From positions 47,152 to 111,151 of the forward strand of contig QHMG01000005.1 of NCBI GenBank assembly GCA_003258725.1: DNA of 64,000 nucleotides, read 5' to 3'. A program made the translations under genes and the position numbers. The notes under the pieces were generated by a model that was given only the letters and a program-made list of their open reading frames with translations, made no database searches and had not been told where the DNA came from. Every line of letters begins with the position of its first letter. Positions within the stretch are counted from its first letter, which is position 1. Of this stretch, positions 9,807-19,886 are shown in pieces. This DNA is from Candidatus Melainabacteria bacterium. GTDB lineage: Bacteria > Cyanobacteriota > Vampirovibrionia > Gastranaerophilales > Gastranaerophilaceae.

Positions 9807-11128
9807 TCTATGCCGACCTCAATTTCAAATAATCTATTCCAAGGATAAGAATATTTTACCTTAAAATTTGCGCCTACAAAGTTTGCTACCCTTTTTTCAA
9901 AATTCTTCATGTCAATTTCACAAGGTTCTGTTAAGGTTTGTCTTACATTTGCTTGGTATGCCCAATCATCTAAAAGTCTTATTGTCTCAAGTTTTTGAAA
10001 GGCTTTATGGTTGTATTTTTTTGCTAAATATTTAACTTTACCTGCGCATAACAAACTGCCTAAAGTATTGGCAGAGGTATTCCAAGCTGAATATCCGTAA
10101 AATTTTTCGTTCATTTTTGAATTGATAAAACATTCAACAAAAGCATTATCTGCGCCATTTGCGTTTCTAACGTCAGCAATCATTATGTTGTCGGCTAACT
10201 TAAAGTTGCCAGAAAAAGGTTCGGTTGGGCGTTTCATAACAATTTCGCCTTGATGTTCTTTGAAATTATTTACGATAAGTTTTAAATCTGCTTGAGAAGG
10301 CTCTACGACCTCAATATTGGCAAGTGAAAGTTGCCCCATTACAGATTTTTCAATAGAAACATCTTCGTAATTTGAAATCAAGTTTTTATATTCAGGTTCT
10401 GTAAATTCAACACAAACCTTCAAATTTCCTTGTATTGCTCTTGCAAAAAGAGTTAGAGAAATTTCATCTGCGCCTGTTTTTGTAAATCCGCCAAGTTTTT
10501 CTAACGCTTGAGCTTCTTGAACATTAAAACCGTATTCAGCGCAGTCATCTTTTGAAAATACTAGAGTGTTGAAAAGTCCTTCTTTTTGCCATTCAAGGTA
10601 TAATTTATTAATCTCAAAATTACGTTTTCTTGTGTTTAAATAATCATCTAAAATATTGTCTGGGATTAAACGCTCGATACAGCTTTCGCACCCTAATTTA
10701 TGAGTTTGATAAGAGTAGTCAAAAATCTTTTTGCCATATTTGTTCCAATATTCTTTTTCTTCTTGATTTACGTTATTGTTTGAAATTCGCATTATACTTG
10801 AAAAAGCGTAAATCTGAGAGTGTTTTTCTTTTAAAATTACTTTCAATTCTTCAACTCTTGCTTTAATTTCATCAAAAGTTTCCGGACATCTTCTTGATGG
10901 AATTAATCCGCCATAAGCAATTGTATCAAGCGATAAAACCATTGCATCAACTTGTGGAACTTGTTTTAACCATTCAAAAAGCCCTTTTATATCCGCACTC
11001 TTGGTTAAATCACCCAATAGTTTTCGCTCTGGAATAAAAAGCTCTAGGCTTTCGTCTATGTCCGCAATGTCTTTAAATAAGTTATAGCAAACGGGTCTGT
11101 TATCAATAGGTATTACACAAATTTTCAT
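9803..11128 (-). CDS. DUF4127-like hypothetical protein
   Basis: 441 aa. The N-terminus MKICVIPIDNRP resembles the DUF4127 family start. 4-nt overlap with mntP. Confidence 0.45.
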   Translation of the reverse strand: MKICVIPIDNRPVCYNLFKDIADIDESLELFIPERKLLGDLTKSADIKGLFEWLKQVPQVDAMVLSLDTIAYGGLIPSRRCPETFDEIKARVEELKVILKEKHSQIYAFSSIMRISNNNVNQEEKEYWNKYGKKIFDYSYQTHKLGCESCIERLIPDNILDDYLNTRKRNFEINKLYLEWQKEGLFNTLVFSKDDCAEYGFNVQEAQALEKLGGFTKTGADEISLTLFARAIQGNLKVCVEFTEPEYKNLISNYEDVSIEKSVMGQLSLANIEVVEPSQADLKLIVNNFKEHQGEIVMKRPTEPFSGNFKLADNIMIADVRNANGADNAFVECFINSKMNEKFYGYSAWNTSANTLGSLLCAGKVKYLAKKYNHKAFQKLETIRLLDDWAYQANVRQTLTEPCEIDMKNFEKRVANFVGANFKVKYSYPWNRLFEIEVGIE

Positions 11129-11194
11129 AAAACCATTATACTAAATAAACTTAATAATGTATGACTTTTTACAAAAATTAAGTATAATTTTGGT

Positions 11195-11830
11195 ATGAAG
11201 AAAATCATTTTGTTAATATTTTCAATGTTTATTTTTTGCGCAAACGCAGGTTATTGCGTTATTGATGCTGCAACAGGTGAAGATATTAAAGGTTATAGGG
11301 GCGAATTGCCAGATTTGACAGAACGCTTTCAACGATATATTCCACAAGTTGCACGTCCTCAATTCAAATCCGTTGATGCATTTAACGTATCAAAAGGCTA
11401 CAAACCTGTTCCTCGAGATAATCCAACCTATGTTAATGTAATTTTGAAAAAAGAAAAAGTTTCTCAATTTGCAAATGACATAAATCAATTATTACCGAAT
11501 ATTGAACGTCTGCTTTACTCTATTGAACACGAAGAAAATGAACAACTTTTTGCTGCACGAGCAAACGATTTGTATGATAATGTAGAATACTTACGCAAAA
11601 AATATCAAGATGCACCAGAACGCTTTTATCCAGCTTATGATGCGTTAATTACCGTTGCAAATAGAGCAAGAGCTGTTGTTGCCATAAGAAACGAAGCAAT
11701 GGTTTACAACAAATATCTTCCATATCAAACAGAAGGCTATATGTACACACCTCAATACATTAGTGAACAATTGACTTATTTACAGCAAGAGCTGACAGAA
11801 ACGATTTCCCTGATGAAGGATGTAAATTAG
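11195..11830 (+). CDS. Hypothetical secreted protein
   Basis: N-terminal signal peptide MKKIILLIFSMFIFCANA. No recognised domain. Confidence 0.4.
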   Translation: MKKIILLIFSMFIFCANAGYCVIDAATGEDIKGYRGELPDLTERFQRYIPQVARPQFKSVDAFNVSKGYKPVPRDNPTYVNVILKKEKVSQFANDINQLLPNIERLLYSIEHEENEQLFAARANDLYDNVEYLRKKYQDAPERFYPAYDALITVANRARAVVAIRNEAMVYNKYLPYQTEGYMYTPQYISEQLTYLQQELTETISLMKDVN

Positions 11831-12153
11831 TCTTTTTCGGGTAAGTATTGAGCCCAATGTTCGTCTAAATTTTTAATAAAGTCATGCGCATTAAGAACGT
11901 CGTCTTTTGATATTGGCGGTAAATCTTCTTTCATTCTTAGTGCAACTTTAGTTTTTTCTTTTTCGCTAATGTCTTCTAAATCAGATACGCCTAAAAATGC
12001 GGTGCCAAAAGTTTTTCCACACTTGTTACAAAAAAGTTTGACAACAAGCATAGAATCTTCTTCTCGAATTACCTTTATTGAGTTTTCATCAAAATCTGTC
12101 TTGCATCTAGAACAGCACAGATTTGTAAACATAGCCCTAATTTTATTTTCCAT
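11827..12153 (-). CDS. Hypothetical zinc-ribbon protein
   Basis: 108 aa with CxxC...CxxC. Convergent with and overlapping the previous gene stop. Confidence 0.35.
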   Translation of the reverse strand: MENKIRAMFTNLCCSRCKTDFDENSIKVIREEDSMLVVKLFCNKCGKTFGTAFLGVSDLEDISEKEKTKVALRMKEDLPPISKDDVLNAHDFIKNLDEHWAQYLPEKD

Positions 12154-12362
12154 AACACGAAGTATTATACTCCAAATGGATAAGTTTAAAAATAGCCCAC
12201 ATGTGGAATTTATATATTGTTAAATAAACAGGAGCTTCACCTATGTTTACACTCTCAGTACTTACTCTCGGATTTATCGTTTATGCCGCTTGCGTAATTA
12301 TTCCAAGCGTATTAGATGAATTAGTACATACTCACTAATTGTATTTATGTTAAAATTCTTGT

Positions 12363-13298
12363 ATGCAAGAATTTAATCATTATACAGTTATGAAAAACGA
12401 AGCCGTTGACGCCTTAAATTGTCAAAACGGCTTAATTTACGTGGACGCTACGCTTGGTGGTGGGGGGCATAGTGAATTAATCTTACAAAGAATTCAACCA
12501 GATGGAAGATTAATTTCTTTTGACATTGATGATGATGCAATCAATTATTCAAGTGAAAAGTTAAAAGATTACAAAAACTTAACAATAGTAAAGGATTCGT
12601 ACACAAATATTAAGAAAGTTTTACAAGACTTAAATATTAAGAAGATAACTGGCGGAATCCTTTTTGATTTGGGCGCTTCGTACCATCAACTAACAAAACA
12701 AGAACGAGGTTTTTCGTTTACAAAAGATGCGCCATTGGATATGAGATTTAATAAAGATGCTGATTTTAGCGCTCGTGATGTCGTGAATGAGTATAGCGAA
12801 GCGGATTTGGTACGTATTTTTAGTGAATACGGAGAAGAACATTTTTCTAAAAGAATTGCCAAAGCAATTGTAGCCAAAAGGCATGTAAAATCAATAGATA
12901 CAACCTTAGAACTAGCACAAATTGTTAAAGATGCAACACCACCAGTAAAGAGTCGTATACACCCTGCTACAAGAGTGTTTCAGGCTATCAGAATTGAAGT
13001 AAATAATGAGTTAAAAAATATTAAAAATACTTTGAATGATGTGTTGGATTTATTAGATTATGGTGCTATAATAAGTGTAATAAGTTTTCATTCACTTGAA
13101 GACAGAATTGTAAAAGAGCAGTTCAAATATTATTCGGCAAAGTGTCACTGCCCCAAAGAACAGTTAATATGCACTTGTGAGCCCCCAAAACTTGAACTAA
13201 TCAACAAAAAACCAATAACTGCAAGTGAAGAAGAATTAAAAATAAACCCACCTTCAAGAAGTGCCAAACTTAGAGTGGCAAGGTTCATTAAAAAGTAA
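12363..13298 (+). CDS. rsmH: 16S rRNA (cytosine1402-N4)-methyltransferase RsmH
   Basis: DATLGGGGHS SAM motif and typical MraW length. First gene of the dcw cluster. Confidence 0.9.
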   Translation: MQEFNHYTVMKNEAVDALNCQNGLIYVDATLGGGGHSELILQRIQPDGRLISFDIDDDAINYSSEKLKDYKNLTIVKDSYTNIKKVLQDLNIKKITGGILFDLGASYHQLTKQERGFSFTKDAPLDMRFNKDADFSARDVVNEYSEADLVRIFSEYGEEHFSKRIAKAIVAKRHVKSIDTTLELAQIVKDATPPVKSRIHPATRVFQAIRIEVNNELKNIKNTLNDVLDLLDYGAIISVISFHSLEDRIVKEQFKYYSAKCHCPKEQLICTCEPPKLELINKKPITASEEELKINPPSRSAKLRVARFIKK

Positions 13299-13355
13299 TA
13301 ATGATGTGAAGATGTGGGAATGTGTATTAGAAATCTCGGGTAGGAAATTAAAAAA

Positions 13356-13805
13356 TTGCAACAAGAAATTTTGCACTTGAATTATAACGAATTTAATGAA
13401 CTTGAAAGCTATGAGTTTGAACTTCCAGAAGAAACCGTAATCGAAGGTGTCTTTGAACAAGAGGACGAAGAAAAACAAATGGCAATCAGAAAATTGAATT
13501 TCACACTATGCATAATGTTAATTGTATTAATTGCAGTTACAACTGTTAGTTATTATTTTGCGACAGCAAATGAAATTACATTAAATCAAATTAGTCGTGA
13601 GACGGTTGTTTTTAATGAAGAAAATGCTGAACTTGAAAATCAATTAGACAGGCTAAAATCATTTAATAACGTTGATAAATCAATGCAAAAAAATAACTTA
13701 CTTTCAAAGGCTAAACAAGTTATAGAAGTTACGGAAGTTGATACTGCAAGTGTTGCAAAAACTGATGCAGATCAAAAAGTTTTAAATTGGGCAATTGGCT
13801 ATTAA
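13356..13805 (+). CDS. FtsL-like cell division protein (single TM plus coiled coil)
   Basis: Sits between rsmH and ftsI. Central TM segment followed by a coiled coil. The N-terminus of this ORF may be over-extended. Confidence 0.5.
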   Translation: MQQEILHLNYNEFNELESYEFELPEETVIEGVFEQEDEEKQMAIRKLNFTLCIMLIVLIAVTTVSYYFATANEITLNQISRETVVFNEENAELENQLDRLKSFNNVDKSMQKNNLLSKAKQVIEVTEVDTASVAKTDADQKVLNWAIGY

Positions 13806-13874
13806 TTTTTAAGTAAATTTTCTTAATGATTTTTATATTTAATTATCCTTATGATACAATTGTTATAAGGGGTT

Positions 13875-15614
13875 TTGACATTGGAACGTAGAAAAATTAC
13901 AAACGATGAAAAATTCAAATCTTTTGATAGGCGCTTAGGTTGTTGGCAAATCGCTTTTGCTGTGTTTGCAGTGCTTTTAATTATTCACTTGTTCTTTTTG
14001 CAAGTGGTTGATTTAAAAAAGCTAAGAATTAAAGCAAAAAAGCAACGTAGTGCGCAAAGTTTTGTCTTGCGTGGTGACATTTACGATAGAAATGGCATTA
14101 AATTAGCATCGGACAAGATTTTGTTTGATATTTATGCTAGAACTCCAGATTATGAGCATACCCCAGAAGAACTGGCAAATATGCTTGCACCCATTTTAAA
14201 AATGCCCAAATCAACTTTGGTAAAGCGTTTAAAGCAAAAAACAATTATGATTTCTCTTAAAAAAGGTGTAGATAGACAAACTCATGACGAGATTGCCAAG
14301 TTGCACTTAAGAGAAATTCCAATGGATAAAAGGAGTATTCGTGTATATCCTCAAGGGGCAATGGCTGCGCATGTTTTAGGATATTATAACTTTGATGCGG
14401 ATATTGCTGCAGGTGTTGAATTAACGGCAGCAGATAGATTAGAGCTTATTGAAGGTAATACACAAATAGAAAAAACACCTAAAGGTGATATTATTTATGA
14501 TTTTACTACAGACCCCTTGGCGACAACTCGCCCTATGAAAGGGAAAGATGTCACTTTAACTATCAACACTGCAATTCAACATGTTTGTGAGCAGGAATTA
14601 TTGAAGGTTGTAAAGAGTAGAAAAGCGTTGAGAGGTACAGTAATTGTCACCAATCCCAGAACAGGTGAAATCTTAGCTTACGCTGTATATCCGTATTACG
14701 ACCCAAACAATTACAAAAAAGCGACATATAATCAAATTAAGAATTGGACTTTAACAGATGTATTCCCTCCTGGGTCAACATTTAAAATTATTACTGTTGC
14801 ATCAGCAATGGAATTGGGTAAACTTAATAAAAACACAAAAATCAATGATACAGGTAAAATTAAAGTTGGTTGGTGGGAAATTGAGAACTATGATTATAAA
14901 AAACGCCCGAATCCTGGTATGATTTCGCTTGTTTATCTGTTTGAGCATTCAAGTAACGTAGGTTCTGTAAAAGTTGCTCAATTAATGACTTCTAAAGAAT
15001 TTTACGATATGTTGAAGAAGTTCGGTTTTGGTGAAAAAACAGGAATTGACCTACCTGGAGAATCTCGAGGTTTGTTAAAGCCAGCCAATAAATGGGACAC
15101 ATCAGACCATGCAACTATGGGTTACGGTTATGGTACATCTGTAACTGCAATGCAAATGGTAGATGCAATTTCTGCGCTTGCAAATAATGGGGTTAGAATT
15201 ACTCCTCACGTAATCAAATACACTCAAGAGGAAGCACAAAACAAAATTCACTATACTCAAGTATTAAAGCCAGAAACGGCAAGAGATGTTACCGAAATAC
15301 TTATGAAAAGTATTAATAACGGAAAATCACAAATTAAAATGGATAAATATAACGTTGCTGCCAAAACAGGTACTTCTAAGAAACCAAAAGACGACGGTAG
15401 CGGTTATACAAAATATTATTATACCTCAACAGTAGGTTATTTCCCAGCGACAGACCCTCAAGTTTTAATTTACATTACAGTTGACTCGGCTCAAGGTGGT
15501 GAAGTTTGGGGTAGTACAATCGCAGCACCTATTTTTAAAGAGGTTGCGTTACAAGTTGCACGTATATTGAACTTGAAACCTGATAAAGTAGGTTCTGAAA
15601 ACATAAAAGACTAA
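13875..15614 (+). CDS. ftsI: Peptidoglycan D,D-transpeptidase FtsI (class B PBP)
   Basis: PBP dimerisation domain plus transpeptidase domain with STFK, SSN and KTG motifs. TTG start. Confidence 0.85.
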   Translation: MTLERRKITNDEKFKSFDRRLGCWQIAFAVFAVLLIIHLFFLQVVDLKKLRIKAKKQRSAQSFVLRGDIYDRNGIKLASDKILFDIYARTPDYEHTPEELANMLAPILKMPKSTLVKRLKQKTIMISLKKGVDRQTHDEIAKLHLREIPMDKRSIRVYPQGAMAAHVLGYYNFDADIAAGVELTAADRLELIEGNTQIEKTPKGDIIYDFTTDPLATTRPMKGKDVTLTINTAIQHVCEQELLKVVKSRKALRGTVIVTNPRTGEILAYAVYPYYDPNNYKKATYNQIKNWTLTDVFPPGSTFKIITVASAMELGKLNKNTKINDTGKIKVGWWEIENYDYKKRPNPGMISLVYLFEHSSNVGSVKVAQLMTSKEFYDMLKKFGFGEKTGIDLPGESRGLLKPANKWDTSDHATMGYGYGTSVTAMQMVDAISALANNGVRITPHVIKYTQEEAQNKIHYTQVLKPETARDVTEILMKSINNGKSQIKMDKYNVAAKTGTSKKPKDDGSGYTKYYYTSTVGYFPATDPQVLIYITVDSAQGGEVWGSTIAAPIFKEVALQVARILNLKPDKVGSENIKD

Positions 15615-15632
15615 AATTAAAGGAGTTATAAA

Positions 15633-17093
15633 ATGGATTTAGATACATTAGTAAAAAATCTTGATTGTGAAAAAATTAATTACCAAAATGTAGAAATAAC
15701 AGGGCTTTCATACAATTCAAAAACAACAGACGAGGGTAACTTATTTATTTGTTTAGTTGGTGAAAATACAGACGGGCATGAATACGCTAAAATGGCTGAA
15801 GAAAAGGGCGCTGTGGCTTTGATGGTAGAAAGAAAATTAGATAGCGATTTACCTCAAATTCTTGTTAAATCTACAAGACATCAAATTGCTGATGTTGCTG
15901 ATGCTTTTTATAATTCACCTTCAAAAGCAATAAATTTAATTGGAGTTACTGGAACAAACGGTAAAACTACTGTAACTCACTTGATTCAAAAAATATTTGA
16001 ACACGATGAAAAACGCTGTGCTTTAATTGGAACATTGGGTTACAAACTTAATTCTAAAGACTTTTATCGTGAGGCAAAACACACAACTCCACAAGCGCCT
16101 GAGTTACAGCGCTTGTTACATCAAATAAAATATGAAAACCATATTGATAATGTTGCAATGGAGGTTAGCTCTCATGCCCTAGAACAAAGACGTGTAGGCA
16201 ATTGTGATTTTAAAGGTGCTGTTCTTACAAACTTGACTCAAGATCACTTAGATTATCATATTACAATGGATAATTATTTTGAAGCGAAGGCTATCTTGTT
16301 TAAAGGCTTGAAGGAAGGTGGATTTGCGGTAATTAATGCTGATGATGAATATGCAGAAAGATTTTTGAGCGTAGTTCCAAGTGGTGTAAGAGTTTTAACT
16401 TATGGTATTAAAAAAGATGCTGATGTAATGGCTCAAAACGTAGAATTTACAACAGATGGCGCAACTTTTACACTAAAAACAAAAAACGAATGTTTCTCTG
16501 TAAAACTTCACATGAACGGAATGTTTAGTGTTTATAATGTTCTTGCAGCGCTTACCGTTGCAATTACTCAAGGATTTGATGTAAAAGACGCTGCTGAAGG
16601 ACTTGCAAACGTAAAAGGAGTTGCAGGCAGATTTGAAATTGTACATAAAAAACCAATGGTAATCGTAGATTATGCACACACTCCAGACGGATTGAAAAAT
16701 GTATTGAAGGCTGGTCGTGAAATTACTCCAGAAGGTGCAAATCTAATTTGCTTATTCGGTTGTGGAGGTGACAGAGATGCAACAAAACGTCCTAAAATGG
16801 CTGCAATTGCGGAAGAACTTTCTGATAAAGTGGTTGTAACAAGCGATAACCCAAGAAGTGAAAATCCAGATCAAATTATAGCTGACATTATGGCAGGTTT
16901 TAAGTCTGTAGATACCGATAAAGTGGTAGTTGAACCAGACAGAGGTAGTGCAATTGCTTTATTAAAGAATATTAGCAATGAAAATGACGTTGTAATTATT
17001 GCTGGTAAAGGTCATGAAGATTATCAAATTCTAAAAGACAAAACAATTCATTTTGACGATAGAGAAGAAGCAGCAAAGGTTTTCGGAAAATAA
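15633..17093 (+). CDS. murE: UDP-N-acetylmuramoyl-L-alanyl-D-glutamate--2,6-diaminopimelate ligase MurE
   Basis: Mur ligase GTNGKTT P-loop. DNPR motif for meso-DAP specificity. Confidence 0.9.
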   Translation: MDLDTLVKNLDCEKINYQNVEITGLSYNSKTTDEGNLFICLVGENTDGHEYAKMAEEKGAVALMVERKLDSDLPQILVKSTRHQIADVADAFYNSPSKAINLIGVTGTNGKTTVTHLIQKIFEHDEKRCALIGTLGYKLNSKDFYREAKHTTPQAPELQRLLHQIKYENHIDNVAMEVSSHALEQRRVGNCDFKGAVLTNLTQDHLDYHITMDNYFEAKAILFKGLKEGGFAVINADDEYAERFLSVVPSGVRVLTYGIKKDADVMAQNVEFTTDGATFTLKTKNECFSVKLHMNGMFSVYNVLAALTVAITQGFDVKDAAEGLANVKGVAGRFEIVHKKPMVIVDYAHTPDGLKNVLKAGREITPEGANLICLFGCGGDRDATKRPKMAAIAEELSDKVVVTSDNPRSENPDQIIADIMAGFKSVDTDKVVVEPDRGSAIALLKNISNENDVVIIAGKGHEDYQILKDKTIHFDDREEAAKVFGK

Positions 17094-18040
17094 TGCAAGA
17101 TTTAAGACAAAGCAATTTATTGATTGAACAACATTTCCATGGTGCTTTTGGGGTGGATTTTTCAGTTTGCTCGGTAGATGAAGTTTTAGTATTGGCTAAA
17201 AAACTTTTGCAACACGGAATTGGCGGATTTTTTCCAACTTTAGTAACTGATACTATTGAAAATGTTAGACGGCAAATTGAAGTATTTAAACAAGCTCAAG
17301 CTAAAATTACTGATGATATGGCTGAATTACTAGGTGTGCATATTGAAGGTATTTTCTTAAATCCAGCTAAAAAAGGTATTCACGATGAAAGGCAGTTTTT
17401 AGATGTTACTGTCGAAAATTATAAAAAAATAGAAGACGATTTGATTAAAATTGTAACTCTAGCACCAGAATTGGACAAAAATGCAGAATTACGCAAATAT
17501 TTGATTTCAAAAGGTGTTAAAGTTCAAGCAGGACATTGTGTTGGCGGAGATTTAGAATATTGTACGGGTGCAACTCATTTATTTAATGCAATGAGTGGAA
17601 TTTCTCACCGTAGCAAATCAACAGCCTTGTCTGCTCTCGTTAATGATGATATTTATACTGAAATTATCGCTGACGGAGTACATTTGAACGACGATACAAT
17701 TAATTTGGTTCTAAAAGCAAAGCCAGAAGGCAAAGTATTATTGGTTTCTGACTGTTTGCCAATTACAGATAGCAACTTAAAACAAATGAAATTTTGTAAC
17801 AAAGATGTTTTTTACGACGGTGAAAAAGCTACTGATGCAAACGGCACAATCGCCGGTAGCACAAGTCTTTTAGATACAATAGTTAAAAGACTCTTGAAAA
17901 AAAATATCAATGCCCTTAAAATAATAAATAACACTTACGACTATCACAATGTCCAAATTAATGGTTCAATTACTTGGAATAGCGATAACGAAATGGTGAA
18001 AATTGAAAAGGACAGCAAGGTAATAAAGGATTTTGATTAA
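17093..18040 (+). CDS. nagA: N-acetylglucosamine-6-phosphate deacetylase-like amidohydrolase (NagA-like, short N-terminus)
   Basis: HFHGAFGVDF metal site, LGVHIEGIFLNPAKKGIH, and AGHCVG...THLFNAM blocks align with NagA. Lacks the N-terminal beta-sandwich. TAATG-coupled to murE. Confidence 0.65.
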   Translation: MQDLRQSNLLIEQHFHGAFGVDFSVCSVDEVLVLAKKLLQHGIGGFFPTLVTDTIENVRRQIEVFKQAQAKITDDMAELLGVHIEGIFLNPAKKGIHDERQFLDVTVENYKKIEDDLIKIVTLAPELDKNAELRKYLISKGVKVQAGHCVGGDLEYCTGATHLFNAMSGISHRSKSTALSALVNDDIYTEIIADGVHLNDDTINLVLKAKPEGKVLLVSDCLPITDSNLKQMKFCNKDVFYDGEKATDANGTIAGSTSLLDTIVKRLLKKNINALKIINNTYDYHNVQINGSITWNSDNEMVKIEKDSKVIKDFD

Positions 18041-18279
18041 TGGCTGAACGTAAAATAGAAAGTGCTAATCCCGCACCAAAACAACCTCAAAAACCAAGCA
18101 TAATAAGCTATACAAAAGAACAATATTATTTATTTTTTACTATCTTAATCTGTTCTTTTGCTTTAATGTTTTGGCTTTGTAATTTTACAATTATGAAAGA
18201 AACCTTCCAAATTATAATGATGTCAGCTCTTTCAATAGCATTAGCCGAATATTTTACAAGAAGATATTTTAAACTTTAA
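18040..18279 (+). CDS. Small membrane protein
   Basis: 79 aa with two TM segments. Coupled to the nagA-like gene. Confidence 0.35.
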   Translation: MAERKIESANPAPKQPQKPSIISYTKEQYYLFFTILICSFALMFWLCNFTIMKETFQIIMMSALSIALAEYFTRRYFKL

Positions 18280-18296
18280 TTTATATAAATATGTGT

Positions 18297-18334
18297 AAAA
18301 AGGGGCGCAGTGCAAAGCACTGCGCCCCTTTTAG
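18297..18334. terminator. Bidirectional rho-independent terminator (dcw fragment / lysS)
   Basis: GGGGCGCAGTGC AAA GCACTGCGCCCC 12-bp GC-rich stem flanked by A and T runs. Confidence 0.8.
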
Positions 18335-18341
18335 TCTAGTT

Positions 18342-19850
18342 CTATTTGTCTAATTTTTTCATTGTTGGGAATGCAATTACATCACGAATTGTTTGAGAGT
18401 CAGTTAATAACATAACTAAACGGTCAATACCCATACCCATACCACCTGTTGGAGGCATACCGTATTCTAATGCTTCAATGAAGTCCTCATCAATTTCCAT
18501 TGCTTCTTCATCACCGTTAGCTTTTGCAACAGCTTGAGCTTCAAATCTAGCTCTTTGGTCGATTGGGTCTGTCAATTCAGAGAATGCATTACAAATTTCC
18601 CAACCGTTTACACGAGTTTCAAAACGCTCAGTTAAACGCTTGTTGTCTCTGTGAACTTTTGCAAGAGGTGAAATGTCTCTTGGGTAGTCAATAATGTGTG
18701 TAGGTTGAATTAAAGAAGGTTCAATTTTTTCTTCAAATACTTTTTCGATAACCTTGCCCCAAGTATCTGTATCTTCAACTTCTACATGAATTGATTTAGC
18801 TAAGTTTCTAGCTTCTTCGTCAGAAAAACATTCGTTAAAATCAATGCCAGTTGCATCTTTTACTGAACCTAACATTGTTTTTCTATCCCATGGTGGAGTT
18901 AAGTCTATTTCGTTTTCACCGTATTTAATTTTTGTTGTGCCAAGAACTTCTTGGGCAACGAAAGCAACCATATTTTCTGTTAATGTCATCATATCGTTGT
19001 AATCAGCGTATGCTTGATATAATTCAATCATAGTAAATTCTGGGTTGTGTCTTGTGTCAATACCTTCATTTCTAAAGCATTTGCCGATTTCAAATACTTT
19101 TTCAGAAACACCACCAACAATTAAGCGTTTCAAATATAATTCAAGAGCGATTCTTAAAGTCATATCCATATCTAGAGCGTTGTGGTGAGTGAAGAATGGT
19201 CTTGCAGAAGCTCCAGAAGCTACTGTTTGCAAGATTGGAGTTTCAACTTCTAAGTAACCTTGTTTGCCTAAAAATTCTCTAATTTTAGAGATAATTTTGC
19301 TTCTTTTTCTGAATGTGTCACGGGTTGTTTCGTTAACGATTAAATCGACATAGCGTTGTCTATACTTTGTTTCAACGTCAGTCAAACCATGAAATTTTTC
19401 AGGTAATGGTAACAAAGCCTTTGTTAAAACGGTGTATTCAGTTGCTTTTATAGAAAGTTCTCCACGAGGAGTTCTTCTGATTGTGCCTTTAAACCCAATG
19501 ATGTCGCCAACATCAACAAGTTTTAACATCTTGAATTTTTCTTCTCCTAAGTTTTGTTTGTGAGAGAAAATTTGAATTTTTCCTGTTTCGTCCATCAAAT
19601 CAATGAACATACCAGTATTACGCATCGCCATAATACGACCAGCTACTGCATATTCATCTTCAGTTTCTTCTCCTGCTGGAAGGTCTTTATATTTTTCTTG
19701 TAATTCAGCTGCGCTAGCTGTTTTTTCGTATTTGTAAGGATATGGATTAATTCCTTTGTCCACAAAGTCTGTTAGTTTTTGAACTCTTGCTTGACGAATG
19801 TTCTCTTTTGGAGAAATCGTTTCTTTGTTTTGATTTTCTTCTTGTGTCAT
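18342..19850 (-). CDS. lysS: Lysine--tRNA ligase (class II)
   Basis: 502 aa. OB anticodon-binding domain plus class II motifs 1-3 (FRNEG, GGMGMGIDRL). Confidence 0.95.
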   Translation of the reverse strand: MTQEENQNKETISPKENIRQARVQKLTDFVDKGINPYPYKYEKTASAAELQEKYKDLPAGEETEDEYAVAGRIMAMRNTGMFIDLMDETGKIQIFSHKQNLGEEKFKMLKLVDVGDIIGFKGTIRRTPRGELSIKATEYTVLTKALLPLPEKFHGLTDVETKYRQRYVDLIVNETTRDTFRKRSKIISKIREFLGKQGYLEVETPILQTVASGASARPFFTHHNALDMDMTLRIALELYLKRLIVGGVSEKVFEIGKCFRNEGIDTRHNPEFTMIELYQAYADYNDMMTLTENMVAFVAQEVLGTTKIKYGENEIDLTPPWDRKTMLGSVKDATGIDFNECFSDEEARNLAKSIHVEVEDTDTWGKVIEKVFEEKIEPSLIQPTHIIDYPRDISPLAKVHRDNKRLTERFETRVNGWEICNAFSELTDPIDQRARFEAQAVAKANGDEEAMEIDEDFIEALEYGMPPTGGMGMGIDRLVMLLTDSQTIRDVIAFPTMKKLDK

Positions 19851-19886
19851 TTTTCTTCCTTTTATTCTTAATTAATTACTTGCTTG

